Notes: generated by a model not told the origin, from the letters alone. A DNA stretch of 64,000 nucleotides from Mobula hypostoma (GCF_963921235.1 NC_086097.1:4030001-4094000); one strand, 5' to 3'. Positions 36,502-50,693 are shown, counted from the stretch's first letter. Program-made: numbers and translations.

Positions 36502-39130
36502 ACATAGAACATAGAACATAGAATAGTACAGCACAGTACAGGCCTTTCGGCCCACAATGTTGTGCCGACCCTCAAACCCTGCCTCCCATATAAGCCCCCA
36601 CCTTAGATTCCTCCATATACCTGTCTAGTAATCACTTAAACTTCATTAGTGTATCTGCCTCCACCACTGACTCAGGCAGTGCATTCCATGCACCAACCAC
36701 TCTCTGAGTAAAAAAACCTTCCTCTAATATCCCCCTTGAACTTCCCACCCCTTACCTTAAAGCCATGTCCTCTTGTATTGAGCAGTGGTGCCCTGGGGAA
36801 GAGGTGCTGGCTATCCACTCTATCTATTCCTCTTATCATCTTGTACACCTCTATCATGTCTCCTCTCATCCTCCTTCTCTCCAAAGAGTAAAGCCCTAGC
36901 TCCCTTAATCTCTGATCATAATACATACTTTCTAAACCAGGCAGCATCCTGGTAAATCTCCTCTGTACCCTTTCCAATGCTTCCACATCCTTCCTATAGT
37001 GAGGTGACCAGAACTGGACACAGTACTCCAAGTGTGGCCTAACCAGAGTTTTATAGAGCTGCATCGTTACGTCGCAACTCTTAAACTCTATCCCTCGACT
37101 TATGAAAGCTAACACCCCATAAGCTTTCTTAACTACCCTATCCATCTGTGAGGCAACTTTCAGGGATCTGTGGACATGTACCCCGAGATCCCTCTGCTCC
37201 TCCACACTACCAAGTATCCTGCCACTTACTTTGTACTCTGCCTTGGAGTTTGTCCTTCCAAAGTGTAGCACCTCACACTTCTCCGGGTTGAACTCCATCT
37301 GCCACTTCTCAGCCCACTTCTGCATCCTATCAATGTCTCTCTGCAATCTTTGACAATCCTCTACACTATCTACAACACCACCAACCTTTGTGTCATCTGC
37401 AAACTTGCCAACCCACCCTTCTACCCCCATATCCAGGTCGTTAATAAAAATTACGAAAAGTAGAGGTCCCAGAACAGATCCTTGTGGGACACCACTAGTC
37501 ACAATCCTCCAATCTGAATGTACACCCTCCACCACCACCCTCTGCCTTCTGCAGGCAAGCCAATTCTGAATCCAGCTGTCCAAACTTCCCTGGATCCCAT
37601 GCCTTCTAACTTTCTGAATAAGCCTACCATGTGGAACCTTGTCAAATGCCTTACTAAAATCCATATAGATCACATCCACTGCACTACCCTCATCTATATG
37701 CCTGGTCACCTCCTCAAAGAACTCTATGAGGCTTGTTAGACACGATCTGCCCTTCACAAAGCCATGCTGACTGTCCCTGATCAGACCATGATTCTCTAAA
37801 TGCCTATACATCCTATATCTAAGAATCTTTTCCAACAGCTTTCCCACCACAGACGTAAGTCTCACTGGTCTATAATTACCCAGACTATCCCTACTACCTT
37901 TTTTGAACAAGGGAACAACATTCGCCTCCCTCCAATCTGCCGGTACCATTCCCGTGGACAACGAGGACATAAAGATCCTAGCCAGAGGATCAGCAATCTC
38001 TTCTCTCGCCTCGTGGAGCATCCTAGAGAATATTCTGTCAGGCCCCGGGGACTTATGTGTCCTAATGTATTTTAACAACTCCAACACCTCCTCTCCATTA
38101 ATATCAACATGCTCCAGAACATCAACCTCACTCATATTGTCCTCATCATCATCAAGTTCCCTCTCATTGGTGAATACTGAAGAGAAGTATTCATTGAGGA
38201 CCTCGTTCACTTCCACAGCCTCCAGGCACATCTTCCCACCTTTATCTCTAATCGGTCCTACCTTCACTCCTGTCATCCTTTTTTTCTTCACATAATTGAA
38301 GAATGCCTTGGGGTTTTCCTTTACCCTACTCACCAAAGCCTTCTCATGCCCTCTTCTTGCTCTTCTCAGCCCCTTCTTAAGCTCCTTTCTTGCTTCCCTA
38401 TATTCCTCAATAGACCCATCTGATCCTTGCTTCCTAAACCTCATGTATGCTGCCTTCTTCCACCTGACTAGATTTTCCACCTCACTTGTCACCCATGGTT
38501 CCTTCACCCTACCATTCTTTATCTTCCTCACCGGGACAAATTTATCCCTTACATCCCGCAAGAGATCTCTAAACATCGACCACATGTCCATAGTACATTT
38601 CCCTGCAAAAACATCATCCCAATTCACACCTACAAGTTCTAGCCTTAAATTTGCCTTTCCCCAATTAAAAATTTTCCTGTCCTCTTTGATTCTATCCTTT
38701 TCCATGATAATGCTAAAGGCCAGGGAGCGGTGGTCACTGTCCCCCAGATGCTCACCCACTGGGAGATCTGTGACCTGACCTGGTTCATTATCTAGTACTA
38801 GATCTAGTATGGCATTTCCCCTGGTCGGCCTGTCCACATACTGTGACAGGAATCTATCCTGGACACACTTAACAAATTCTGCCCCATCTAAAGCCTTGGA
38901 ACTAATCAGGTGCTAATCAATATTAGGGAAGTTAAAGTCACCCATGATAACAACCCTGTTATTTTTGCACCTTTCCAAAATCTGCCTCCCAATCTGCCCC
39001 TCTGTATCTCTGCTGCTATCAGGGGGCCTATAGAATACCCCCAGTAGAGTAACTGCTCCCTTCCTGTTCCTGACTTCCACCCATATTGACTCAAAAGAGG
39101 ATCCTGCTGCATTACCCACCCTTTCTGTAG
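36502..39130 (-). mobile_element. Relatively young CR1 LINE, 5'-truncated within the endonuclease
   Basis: 721-aa ORF 36672-38837 (GDSDHRSL, NYRPV.LTS, DFSKAFDKVPH, GVPQGSVLGP, KFADDTK) plus an EN piece at 38913-39119; (TTCTATG)n tail. Confidence 0.95.
36672..38837 (-). pseudogene. CR1 ORF2 (endonuclease C-terminus plus reverse transcriptase), longest open frame in the window
   Basis: RT motifs are intact, but it lacks the N-terminus and is frameshifted near 38906 and near 36710. Confidence 0.9.
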
Positions 39131-39309
39131 TTGCAGGGATGATGATAGCTTTGTCAGTGGTGCTAGAATCACTGATTACAATGTCAAAGTCAGGATTGAG
39201 TTCAAAGGAAATTTAATTCAACCGAAAGGAAGTAAATTTGGTATTTTTATTCCAAGAGGGATAGGGAGGCACAGTACTTAAGTATATTCAAGGCAGAAGT
39301 CAGTGGATA

Positions 39310-39779
39310 TTTAGAGTCATACAGCACTATGAAACAGGCCCTTTTGCCCACCTAGTTCATGCTGAACTGTTATTCTGTTGAAGTTGCATCGATTCACACT
39401 TGGACAATAGCCTTCTATACCCCTTATATCCATGTACTCATTCAAACTACTTTTAAATATTGAAATCAAACCCGCATCCACCATTTACACTGGCAGTTTA
39501 TTCCACACTCTCACCACCCTCTGAGTGAAGAAATTTACCCTCATGTTCCCCTTTAGCATTTCACCTTTCACCCTTAACCCATGACCTCTAGTTCTACTCT
39601 CACCCAACCTCAGTGGAAAGAATCTGCTTGCGTTTACCCTACCCATACTCCTTATAATTTTGTATGCCACTAACAGATCTCCCCTCATTCTCCTATGCTT
39701 CAGGGGATAAAGTCCGAATCTGTTCAACCTTTCCCTATGACTCAGGTTCTCAAGTCCCAGCAGCATCCTTGTGAATTTT
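39310..39779 (-). mobile_element. CR1 3' part, continues at 46646-47800 beyond the L1 insertion
   Basis: Encodes MLLGLENLSHRERLNRFGL..FFTQRVVRVWNKLP; the reading resumes after the L1 TSD. Confidence 0.85.
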
Positions 39780-42595
39780 TTATTTTTTATTGAATTTCAT
39801 CATCAAACAAACATTTCCATAAGATGTATTTCAGATACTGTACATATATATCATATAATCATATTTGTCACAAATCTCCACATAATATTTATCTGAGGTA
39901 TACACTTATAGAAAGGAGAGGAAAGAAAGAACAGTCGAAAGAAGAAAACTATGTACAGAGTAGGGAGTGATTTTTTTTTACAACATATTCATTGACTTGT
40001 GAGAATAAAATCAGGCCTATGAGGTGTTATGTAGTTAAACCATTTTTCCCAGTATGAATCAAATTGTTCCAACTTATGATTAACAGATGCTGTTATCTTC
40101 TCCATTTTGTAAATGTCCATTATAATTTCCATCCATACATTTAAAGTTGGGCTCTCCGGAGAGAACCATTTTCTGGTAAGGGTCTTTTTTACCAGCCACC
40201 AGCTGGTAAATATTTCATTAAATATTTATCTCTTTTCAACCATTCTTGAAGTATATACCCAAAATATATGGTCTTACTCTCTAAGGATATTTCACATTTA
40301 AAGATGTCTTGTAGGGATTATGTACCCCACTCCAATAGTCTTTGATAATGGGGCATTCCCAGAAAATATGATAATAGTTTGCATTTTGATTTCCACAATT
40401 TCTCCAGCAAGCAGGGGGGTTACTATTATAATGGGATTTCTGAGAGAGTGTAATAAAATATCTTATCAAGTTTTTCCACCCGAACTCCCTCCATTTCTGT
40501 GAACTGGTACACTTCCATTGATACCTCCATATTATTGTCCAGTCTTCCTCAGATATTATTATCCCTCCCTCCTTCTCCCATTTTGTTTTAATGTATGAAG
40601 TCAAACGTGTTTTAAGATTTGACAAACCCTTATAAACGCTTGAAATTATTCTACTACCATCGTCTGAATTATATGCTTTTCTAAATAGCTCTATCAGACA
40701 TGTTGCCTTGGATACATTTTTAACCGTCCTGTTAACATACTGTCACATCTGTAAATACCAGTAAAAGTCTTGTTTTTCTAATAAGTGTTTCTCTTTGAGC
40801 ATTTCAAAACTGAACAGTGTTCCTTCTTTCATTATATTGCAAATAGCTGTTATTCCTTTAGCTGTCCAGTCCTTAAATGTAGCATCCAGTTTATTTGGCG
40901 TAAAATCCGAGTCATATGTACACCATTTAAGAATTGCAATGTCTCTCTCTAGTTTATATTCTTTTATAATAGTTTTCCATATTTTAAGAGTCCATTTCAC
41001 CCATGGGTTGTCAATATTATTTATGTAACTTTGTACGTTGTTATCAGCCAAAATTGCCTGTATGGGGATGGAAAGTATCCTCTCCTCAATGTTCTTCCAT
41101 TGAGTGCCATATGATGGGTTGCACCAGCATATCACAGCTCTCAACTGTGCTGCAAAATAGTAATCTCTAAGAGAAGGTAGGCCCCATCCCCCCACTTTTC
41201 CTTGGCTAATTGCAAAGTTTTGAGATGAACCCCAGGCCTTTTACCTTGCCATATATATCTTGATAGCATTTTGTTCCATTCATTGAATTGATTTTGGTTA
41301 ATCTCTATTGGTAGGGTCTGAAAGAGATATAGTAGTCTGGGCAGTATATTCATTTTAATAGATTCAATCCTTGAACTGAGACCAAGAAAAGGAATTAGGT
41401 TCCATCCTGTTAAATCTTCCTTAATTTTTTATATATAGGCTGATAATTGCATTCTGGTAATTTTGCCAAATCTTTTGGCATAATGATGCCCAAATATTTA
41501 CCGGACTCTGGTTTGCCATGCCCAAGAATACCTACTTTCAATTTCTCTTAGTAGGCTATAGCTATATGAAAGTAGTTGGATTTTATCTATGTTGATCTTG
41601 TATCCTGATAATTGGCCATATTGTTCAAAGGATTGCATCAATTTAGGTAAAGAGTATGTTGGTTGCCCTAGATAGATCAAAACGTCATCCGCGTAACAGG
41701 CCATTTTATGCTCTGTCCCTTTAATAGTAATTCCCCTGATATCTTCATTTTGTTTGATGTATTGAGCTGATGGTTTCAGCTATAATGCGAAGAGTAGCGG
41801 TGACCATGCACAACCCTGTCTCGTGCCCCTTTCTAGGGTAAAACTATTAGATAAATATCCATTGATTTTAATCCTAGCAGTAGGATTGTCATATAGTGCC
41901 TGTATAGTTTTAATAATTGTGTCATGTAGACCAAATCTATGTAAAACTCTGTAAAGAAAATTCCAAATAACTGAATCAAATGCCTTTTCAGCGTCCACGC
42001 TTATCACTACTGCTTCAATTTCATTTTTTTTAATATGATCCATAATGTGAAGTGTCCTTCGTATATTGTCTTGTGTTTCGCATTGTTGTATAAAACCTGT
42101 CTGATCATTATGTATCAGTGTGGATAGAAACTCTTCTAATCGTTTGGCCATGATGGAGGTAAATATTCTATAATCCACATTAAGAACAGATATTGGTCTA
42201 AATGACCCACAGTCCATTTTATCCTTGCCTTCGCTCGGTGTAGCTGAGATTATCGCCTCCTTCCAGCTGAGTGGCACTTGCACCTTTCTTAGGGTCCAGT
42301 TCAGTGTGGGGAGTAAATTAGGAATTAACTCACTTCTAAACTCTTTATACCACTTTGCCGTATATCCATCTGATCCTGGTGACTTGCTTAATTTAAGCCT
42401 ACTAATTGCAGTTTTTAGTTCAGCCTCAGTTATGTCAACAGTCATCGTTCTATTTTGTTCTTTGCTTAAAGTGGGTAACTCTAAAGAGTTCAGGAAGGTG
42501 TCAATTTGGGTTATGCTTCCCCCTGGAACTTTGGAATATAGGGTTTTGTTAAACATTTCAAAAGCTTCTTGAATTTCACTTAGCTTATTTTTTAT

Positions 42596-43674
42596 GTAAA
42601 ATGTGAAATGTACATTTCACGTACATCTGCTCTCACTCCATCCTCCCGCCACCCCACTAGGAATAGGGTTCCCCTGGTCCTCACCTACCACCCCACCAGC
42701 CTCCGGGTCCAACATATTATTCTCCGTAACTTCCGCCACCTCCATCACGATCCCACCACTAAGCACATCTTTCCCTCCCCGCCTCTCTCTGCATTCCGCA
42801 GGGATCGCTCCCTACACAATTCCCTTGTCCATTCATCCCCCCCATCCCTCCCCACTGATCTCCCTCCTGGCACTTATCCGTGTAAGCGGAACAAGTGCTA
42901 CACATGCCCTTACACTTCCTCCCTTACCACCATTCAGGGCCCCAAACAGTCCTTCCAGGTGAGGCAACACTTCGCCTGTGAGTCGACTGGGGTGATATAC
43001 TGCGTCCGGTGCTCCCAATGTGGCCTTTTATATATTGGTGAGACCTGACGCAGACTGGGAGACCGCTTTGCTGAACATCTACGCTCTGTCCGCTAGAGAA
43101 GGCAGGATCTCCCAGTGGCCACACATTTTAATTCCACATCCCATTCCCATTCTGGCATGTCTGTCCACGGCCTCCTCTGCTGTAGAGATGAAGCCACACT
43201 CAGGTTGGAGGAACAACACCTTATATTCCGTCTGGGTAGCCTCCAACCTGATGGCGTGAACATCGACTTCTCTAACTTCCGCTAATGCCCCACCTCCCCC
43301 TCGTACCCCATCTGTTACTCATTTTTATGCACACACTCTTTCTCTCACTCTCCTTTTTCTCCCTCTGTCCCTCTGAATATACCTCTTGCCCATCCTCTGG
43401 GTCCCCCCCCCCCCGTCTTTCTTCCCGGACCTCCTGTCCCATTATCCTCTCGTATCCCCTTTTGCCTATCACCTGTCCAGCTCTTGGCTCTATCCCTTCC
43501 CCTCCTGTCTTCTCCTATCATTTTGGATCTCCGCCTCCCCCTCCAACTTTCAAATCCCTTACTCACTCTTCCTTCAGTTAGTCCTGACGAAGGGTCTCGG
43601 CCTAAAACGTCGACTGTACCTCTTCCTACAGATGCTGCTTGGCCTGCTGCGTTCACCAGCAACTTTGATGTGTG
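42596..43674 (+). mobile_element. Penelope-like element nested in L1 ORF2
   Basis: Encodes RVPLVLTYHP..GVIYCVRCSQCGLLYIGET. 15-bp TSD TAGCTTATTTTTTAT (42581-42595 and 43675-43689). Hammerhead motif at 43580-43615 has GAAA mutated to AAAA. Confidence 0.95.
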
Positions 43675-44929
43675 TAGCTTATTTTTTATCACTTTTGTTC
43701 TTGGATCCCGTATTCTATGAATTGTATTTTCTGCTAGCATTTTTTTTTCAGTTTCCATGCCAGTATTTTCATTGATTTAGATCCACTTTCATAGTGTCTC
43801 TGTTTCAGAAACATTAAATTTTTTCTTATTTCTTCTGCAGCCATAACTAATCTTTAAAATTTCCTCTCGTGTATCCTGTGCCAAACTCAATTTCTGTTTT
43901 TTTTCTAGTTCCTTCAGCTTATTTTGTAATTCCTCTAATGTTCTATTCCTTATTTTTTTCTTATATGAAGATATCACTATAATTTTCCCTCTTAAGACAG
44001 CCTTCAGAGTATCCCATAGAATGGGAGGTGAAACCTCTCCATTATCATCGAATTCTAAGTAAAGACCAATTTCTTTTTTAATTTGTTCCTTAAAATAGGG
44101 ATCATTGAGTAGACTTGAATTTAGTTTCCAAATAGTATTCTTCGGTTGTAGGTCAAAATCAACAGATAAATATATAGGTGCATGGTCACTTACATCTATT
44201 GTCCCAATTCCACAGGTGATTATTTTGTCTCTCTCTTTTCCAAATGTTATGAAATAGTCTATTCTTGTATGGGGGGCAGAATAATGAGTGTAATCTCTTC
44301 TGTCAGGGAAAAGGTCCCTCCATATATCAATTAGACCAACATCTTCAAAAAGAGTGTTAACTGTCTTACGTAAGGACTTTCTTTCATAAGTTTTTCTATT
44401 GGAAGAGTCAAGAGTCAAATAAGAGCCAAGAAACACGAATAATGAAAAAAAGGTAATGAAGGTGTGATTCCAAGGCTGGGGTCTCTAGATGACCCGGGGT
44501 TGGGCTAGAAGAAAAGTCTAGCTGTGGGGGATAGCACCTCCTACCTGTGGGTTGAGGGCCCCCATTGCAGTACCTATAAAAGTAAGTAAAAAAAAACTAT
44601 GTCCATTACACAGAAATGTGTAATGTGTATTCCTCCCATGAATATATTCTCATTTAGGTGGGGAAAAAGGAATGAATTTTAAAAAATGGAGTAGTATAAA
44701 ATCCACATTATAACATGTATTTCTCGAGATAGGTATATCACCGTCTATTTTTGCTTCCGTTTAGTTTATCAGCACTTTTAGAGTTAGCCAAACCTTATGG
44801 CTCTTCGGAGGAGGTGAGGGCTGTCCTCGGAGAACTCACAGTCTCTTCCTAATATCCTTCTCTTGTCCTTCTCCCATCCCCTGCTTTCTAGGTTCTCTTA
44901 CTATTTCCCAAGCAGCTTGGGATAACTGC

Positions 44930-45784
44930 TCAGCCAGACTTTCCCTTGACCACGCTAATGGGCAGTCCTCTGTTGTTCATGTCTGTAGTCGCCCCTTCCA
45001 CCGTCTGGTATAGTCGTATCCCTTCTTGGTAAAATACCCTCAGTTTAGCAGGGTATGGGGTTTGGAATTTAATCTTTTCTTGTTTTAATATTCGTTTCGC
45101 TTCAGAATATTCCTTCTTTTTCTGTAAGACTGCCGGGGAGTAATCATGATCAAAGTATATTAACTTCCCGTTCCAAAAAACCCTCTTCTTACCCCAGGCC
45201 CTTCGTAGAATCTCCGCCTTGCTCTTGAATCGAAGGAATTTAAGCACCATTGAGCGCGGTTTACTTTCTCTGTCTCCGGGAGGCCGTGGGACGAGCGAAT
45301 GATGCGTCATCTCAATTTCAATCTCCATACTCTGGGGAATCTCCAGTACTTCTCGCTGCAACTTGTCTACAAAGTCCATCATCGACAATCCCTCCACTCC
45401 TTCGGGAACATTATAAATCCTGATATTTTTCCATTGCGATCTTCCCTCCTGGTCAAGCAATTTACTTTCCTGTTGAATTAATATTTTTATCGTCTTACTT
45501 AGTACCTGTTCCATGTTTTGCACGCGATCTTCCATCTTCTCAATTCGAGTCTCTGCTACTGCTATTTTCTGATTGACATTGGCGAGCTCTGACTTTATAT
45601 CATTGAGTTGCTGTTTTATATCTTTTTGGGCTTCCCTTATCTCTTCCAGAATCCTTATCATATTTGCCGCTTCGCCTGAACGAGGCCCCACGTCAGCCTC
45701 GCCACCACGCGCACGTGTAGGAGAGCTGCGCGCTGCACCTCTCTCTTCCATAGGCTTTTTTAATGAAGCTTTTTTAATCTCCAT
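44930..45784 (-). CDS. L1 ORF1p-like protein (coiled coil, RRM, CTD), 284 aa, open
   Basis: Heptad-rich N-terminal half, then GRSQWKNIRIYNVPEGVEG, PRSMVLKF and YPAKLRVF. Confidence 0.8.
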   Translation of the reverse strand: MEIKKASLKKPMEERGAARSSPTRARGGEADVGPRSGEAANMIRILEEIREAQKDIKQQLNDIKSELANVNQKIAVAETRIEKMEDRVQNMEQVLSKTIKILIQQESKLLDQEGRSQWKNIRIYNVPEGVEGLSMMDFVDKLQREVLEIPQSMEIEIEMTHHSLVPRPPGDRESKPRSMVLKFLRFKSKAEILRRAWGKKRVFWNGKLIYFDHDYSPAVLQKKKEYSEAKRILKQEKIKFQTPYPAKLRVFYQEGIRLYQTVEGATTDMNNRGLPISVVKGKSG

Positions 45785-45842
45785 TCTTTTTCCCCATTCT
45801 TGCCCCCCTTATCAATTCAGATATTTTCAAAAGATCTTGTAT

Positions 45843-46548
45843 TTAGATTATTAGATTAGATTATGAGGACACGCAGTCCTCTTTTATTGTCATTTAGTAA
45901 TGCATGCATTAAGAAACAATACAATATTCCTCCAGTGTGATATCACAAAAACACACGACAGACCAAGACTGAAAAACTAACAAAAACCACATAATTATAA
46001 CATATAGTTACAACAGTGCAACAATATCATAACTTGATGAAGCAACACTTTCAGTACGCTGGATGAATTCAGCAGGTCGGGCAGCATCAGTCAGAAACTT
46101 GATGAAGAACAGGCCACGGGCACAGTAAAAAAGTTCAAAGTCTCTTGAATGTCCCACATCTCACGCAGACGGGAGAAGGAAGAAAACGCTCCCTGCCGTG
46201 CCCAACCACAGTCCGACTCTGAGTTGTCCGAAAACTTCGAGCCTCCAATCAGCCCTCCGACACCGAGTACTGAGCACCATCTCTATCCGAACGATTCGAC
46301 CTCAGCCTCGGTCGCCAGCAGGAGGCAAAGCCGGGGATTTTGGGGCCTTCCCTCCGGAAGATTCTCGATCGCCCAGTAACAGTGGCAGCAAACCGGCGTT
46401 TCAGAAATTTCTCCGGATGATCCTCTATACTTTAACGTCTGTCTCCATCAAATCAGAATTGTCCACGGCCCCTATTTAACAGAACCAATATAATTTTTAC
46501 TGGAGAGCTGCGCACGTGCGCGTCGCGCTGCCATCTTCTCCTCCCTCC
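45843..46548 (-). mobile_element. Non-autonomous element (family B) in the L1 5' UTR
   Basis: The minus strand has AAGATGGC (46530-46537) near its start and ends with AATAAA and (TAATC)n. It contains a short Penelope-like piece near 46041-46098. Confidence 0.6.
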
Positions 46549-46645
46549 TCATGGATTGATGGATTAACGGGGCGACATATGGGTTTTTCCAGAGGAGCTA
46601 TTGATTTAAGCTGCCATTCTGAACAATGACATCACTGGAACCCCC

Positions 46646-47800
46646 CCTTGTGAATTTTCTGTGTACCCTTTCAATCTTATTGATATCTTTCCTGCAGTTA
46701 GATGACTAAAACTGCACAAAATATATCAAATTACACCACCAATGTCTTATACTACTTAAATCTGAACTTTGTACTGAATATTCTGATTAATGAAGGCCAA
46801 TGAACAAAAAGATCTCTTTGTAACCTTTTCTAGCTGTGACACTTTCAAGGATTATGGATCTTTATTCTTGGATCCCTCTTTTCTATCATCTTCCCCAGTG
46901 CCCTGCTGTTCACCCTAGTTTGTCTTCTCCAAGTGCAGCATGTCACATTTGTCTGCATTAACTTCCATCTGCCATTTTTCAGGCCATTTTTGTAGCTGGT
47001 CCTGATCCCGCTGCAAGCTTTGATAGTCTTCCTCACTGTCCACTACACCCCCAGTCTTGGCATCATCTGCAAGTTTGCTGATACCAGATTATCATCCAAA
47101 TCGTTAATATAGATGACAAACTTGTTTCTGCAGTGCACCACTAGTCATAAACTTCCAGTTGCTTGGGGGGAGGGGGGAAGGGGTAAGGGGTGGGGGGGGG
47201 GTGAAGCTGTAATCTTTTCCTGCTAAGCTAGTTTTGAATTCAATTTACTACTTCATCCTTAATGCCAAGTGACTGAACCTTCTGTACCAGACTGCCATGC
47301 TAAAGTCCATAAGGACAATGTTCCTTGCCTTTCCTTCATCAACTTTCCTTGAAAAACTCCTAAGATTGTTAGCCATATTGACTATCCCTAATTGGAATCT
47401 ACTTGCTTAAATACATATATATCCTATCCCTCAGAGTACCTTCCTATAAAATTTATCCACTACTGACATCAGGCTCACTGGCGTATAATGTCCTGACTTT
47501 TTCTTAGAGCTTTCCTGAGCAATGGAATATCATTAGCTATCTTCCAGTCCTCCAGCATCTCACCTGTGGCTAAGGACATTTTAAGTACCTCTGCCAGGGC
47601 CCTTGCAATTTATGCACGAGTCTCCCAGAAGGACTGAGGGTACACCTTGTCAAGCCCTGGGGATTTATCCACTCTAATTTACCACAGGACAGCAAGCACC
47701 TTCTGGATACAGTCCATAACATCTCTACTGTTTTACCCCAGTTCTATGGACTCTGTTCATCTCCTGAGCAAATACAGGTGAAAAACAATCCCTCTAAGAT
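46646..47800 (-). mobile_element. Decayed CR1 RT region (5' part of the 39310 element)
   Basis: The reverse complement encodes ..ADDAKTGGVVDSEEDYQSLQRD.. and DKSPGLDKVYP. Confidence 0.8.
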
Positions 47801-47803
47801 ATT

Positions 47804-49147
47804 AAACACGAGGAATTCTGCAGATGCTGGAAATTCAAGCAACACACATCAAAGTTGCTGGGGAACGCAGCAGGCCAGGCAACATCTCTAGGAAGAAGTA
47901 CAGTTGACGTTTCGGGCTGAGTCCGTTCGTCAGGACTAACTGAAGGAAGAGCTAGTAAGAGATTTGAAAATGGGAAGGGGAGGGGGAGATCCAAAATGAT
48001 AGGAGAAGGCAGGAGGGGGAGGGATGGAGCCAAGAGCTGGACAGGTGATTGGCAAAAGGGATATGAGAGGGATCATGGGACAGGAGGCCCAGGGAGAAGG
48101 AAAAGTGGTGGAGGGGAACCCAGAGGATGGGCAAGGGGTATAGTCAGAGGGACAGAGGGAGAAAAAGGAGAGAGAGAGAGAAAGAATGCGTGCATATAAA
48201 TAAATAAATAAGGGATGGGGTACAAGGGAGAGGTGGGGCATTAGCAGAAGTTTGAGAAGTCAATGTTCATGCCATCAGGTTGGAGGCTACCCAGACGGAA
48301 TATAAGGTGTTGTTCCTCCAACTTGAGTGTGGCTTCATCTTTACAGTAGAGGAGGCCGTGGATAGGCATATCTGAATGAGAATGGGATGTGGAATTAAAA
48401 TGTGTGGCCACTGGGAGATCCTGCTTTCTCTGATGGACAGAGCATAGGTGTTCAGTGAACCAATATCCCAGTCTGCGTCGGGTCTCGCCAATATATAGAA
48501 GGCCACATCTGGAGCATCGGATGCAGTATATCACCCCAGCTGACTCATAGGTGAAGTGTCGCCTCACCTGGAAGGACTGTCTAGGGCCCTGAATGGTAGT
48601 GAGGGAGGAAGTGTAAGGGCATGTGTAGCACTTGTTCCGCTTACAAGGAAAAGTGCCAGGAGGGAGATGGGTGGGGAGGGATGGGGAGGAACGAATGGAC
48701 AAGGGGCTCGCGTAGGGAGCGATCCCTGCGGAAAGCGGTGGGGGGGGTGGAGGGAAAGATGTGCTTAGTGGTGGGATCCCATTGGAGGTGGCGGAAGTTA
48801 CGGAGAATTACATGTTGGACCTGGAGGCTGGTGGGGTGGTAGGTGAGGACAAGGGGAACCCTATTCCTCGTGGGATGGCGGTAGGATGGAGTGAGAGCAG
48901 ATTGTGAAATGGGAGAGATGCGTTTGAGAGCAGAGTTGATGGCAGAGGAAGGGAAGCCCCTTTCTTTAAAAAAGGAGGACATCTCCTTCATCCTGGAATG
49001 AAAAGCCTCATCCTGAGAGCATATGCGGCGGAGACGGAGGAATTGCGGGAAGGGAATGGCATTTTTGCAAGAGACAGGGTGAGAAGAGGAATAGTCCAGA
49101 CAGCTGTGAGAGTCAGTAGGCTTATAGTAGACATCAGTAGATAAACT
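47804..49147 (-). mobile_element. Penelope-like element (RT thumb, GIY-YIG, pLTR)
   Basis: Encodes DVYYKPTDSHSCLDYSSSHP, FFKERGFP and GVIYCIRCSRCGLLYIGETRRRL; hammerhead motif at 47902-47937. Confidence 0.95.
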
Positions 49148-49749
49148 ATTATAAGCTGTTATGTTATTGTCTTTTTTCCGATGTTAGTTGTTTCTGTATG
49201 CGGATACTGTTACAATGCGGGGGAGGATGTGACTAGTTTGTGGTTTTGTAATTTTGTGCCTTGAAATTGCTCTGTAAAGTAACATTTCTCATACAGTAAA
49301 ATATCAAAACAGCACCAGAGTTTAAGTACCAAAGCAGGTTAAAGAATGTACCAGCATCTGCAGAATCTCTTGTGGAAAGAATGCAATGCTGCTTTATTTA
49401 TGTTTGTGACACAAAATCAATGATGTCATGAAGCCATACTCTTATTGTATTACTGTTTCCGATTGATTTGGAGAGATTGACATATGGCAATGTCTCACAT
49501 TATTTTCGTATAATAATGTATGATAAGCTGTTCTATAGATATTTTATGGTGACTTTGTTCGATAATTCACATTGAATTTGGTTTTAGTTCAAAGAAAATG
49601 TCTCTCTGACCTCTTTTTGCTCCTGCTGCCTCTGTTTAGTATACCTATGCATTCAGTATCTAACAAAAGTCATATATGAATTGGAGCATGGCTCTCCCTA
49701 ACTTGATCCTAAAGAAAATTAAATCAATTAAGTTAGTAGACCATAAACC

Positions 49750-50085
49750 CACCAGTCAGAATGTTCTCCCTGGTATACCTGTAGAAGTTCTAAAGGTGGC
49801 ATCCACCATTAAGGACCCTCATCACACAGGACATGCTCTCTTCTCATTGCTATCGTCAAGGAGAAGGTCAACCTTTTAGTAACAGCTTCTTCTCTCCTGC
49901 GATTGGATTTCTGAATAGACAATGAACCCTCTGCACCATCTCATTTTTTCCCTCTTGTTTTGCACTACTTATTTAATTTAATTTTTATATTATTGTAATC
50001 TACAGCTTTTTAATTGTTTTGCATTGCAGTGCTGCCACAAAAAATCATGACCTATGCCAATAATATTAAACATGATTCCGATTTT
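49750..50085 (+). repeat. Rex1/L2-type 3' fragment
   Basis: Encodes KVASTIKDPHHTGHALFSLLSSRRR, followed by a 3' UTR. Confidence 0.7.
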
Positions 50086-50693
50086 GAAAACATATTGATT
50101 CCCTTTGAACACTATTTGTTTAATAAAGCAGGTTTTCAAAATGAACTTGTTCTGATGCTGTGAATAAAGACAAAATTGTAGTGTGTTCTTCACATAGCAA
50201 TAAAAATGATTTTTTATGGATGTTACAAATCTTTACAAATTTCTTCCCTTTCATAGTTTTCTCTTTATCAGATTGGCTTATCAATCTAGTAATATCTTTC
50301 AAAGATCACATTCAATTTGGGTCATGTTGCCTTGAGTTGAATTTGGTATGTAGTTTGGCTTCATCATTGCAGCGCATGGGCACATTTGCCAACAGATGTG
50401 TTCAGTATGAACATTTGTAATTAACAAAAGCTGAAACAACTTTTACAGCATTATTTATATATGAGTGTTGTACCTTTCCAGCTATTTACACATTCAGAGA
50501 ATTTTTGCTCTGTTGTACGGCTTAACTGTCGAGAAAATAACTAATGTAATATATGAGATCTTTATATCATAACTATTAAAATATAATTATTTCTAAAAAG
50601 TTTTAAACTATTCATTATGACTTTAGTTGTGGATAACTGGTGAAGATTAATTTGATGTGAAAGTCTAGGTCAGAGCATTCAACTAGATCTTAT

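Larger units (their letters stand above)
39780..46645 (-). mobile_element. L1-clade LINE with both ends present (ORF1 and ORF2 decayed)
   Basis: 13-bp TSD CCTTGTGAATTTT (39767-39779 and 46646-46658) and an A-rich tail. ORF1 lies at 44930-45784. ORF2 pieces are EN (RIDYF, VSDHAPI), RT (KSPGSDG, SVDAEKAFDSV, GTRQGCAWSPLLF, CYADD) and a C-terminal CWRNC..HIFWECP finger. Confidence 0.95.

Noticed and set aside
36672..38837. 721-aa ORF as an active retrotransposon or domesticated gene
   Set aside because: It is 5'-truncated in the endonuclease, has no ORF1, and is frameshifted at both ends. It is simply a younger CR1 copy.
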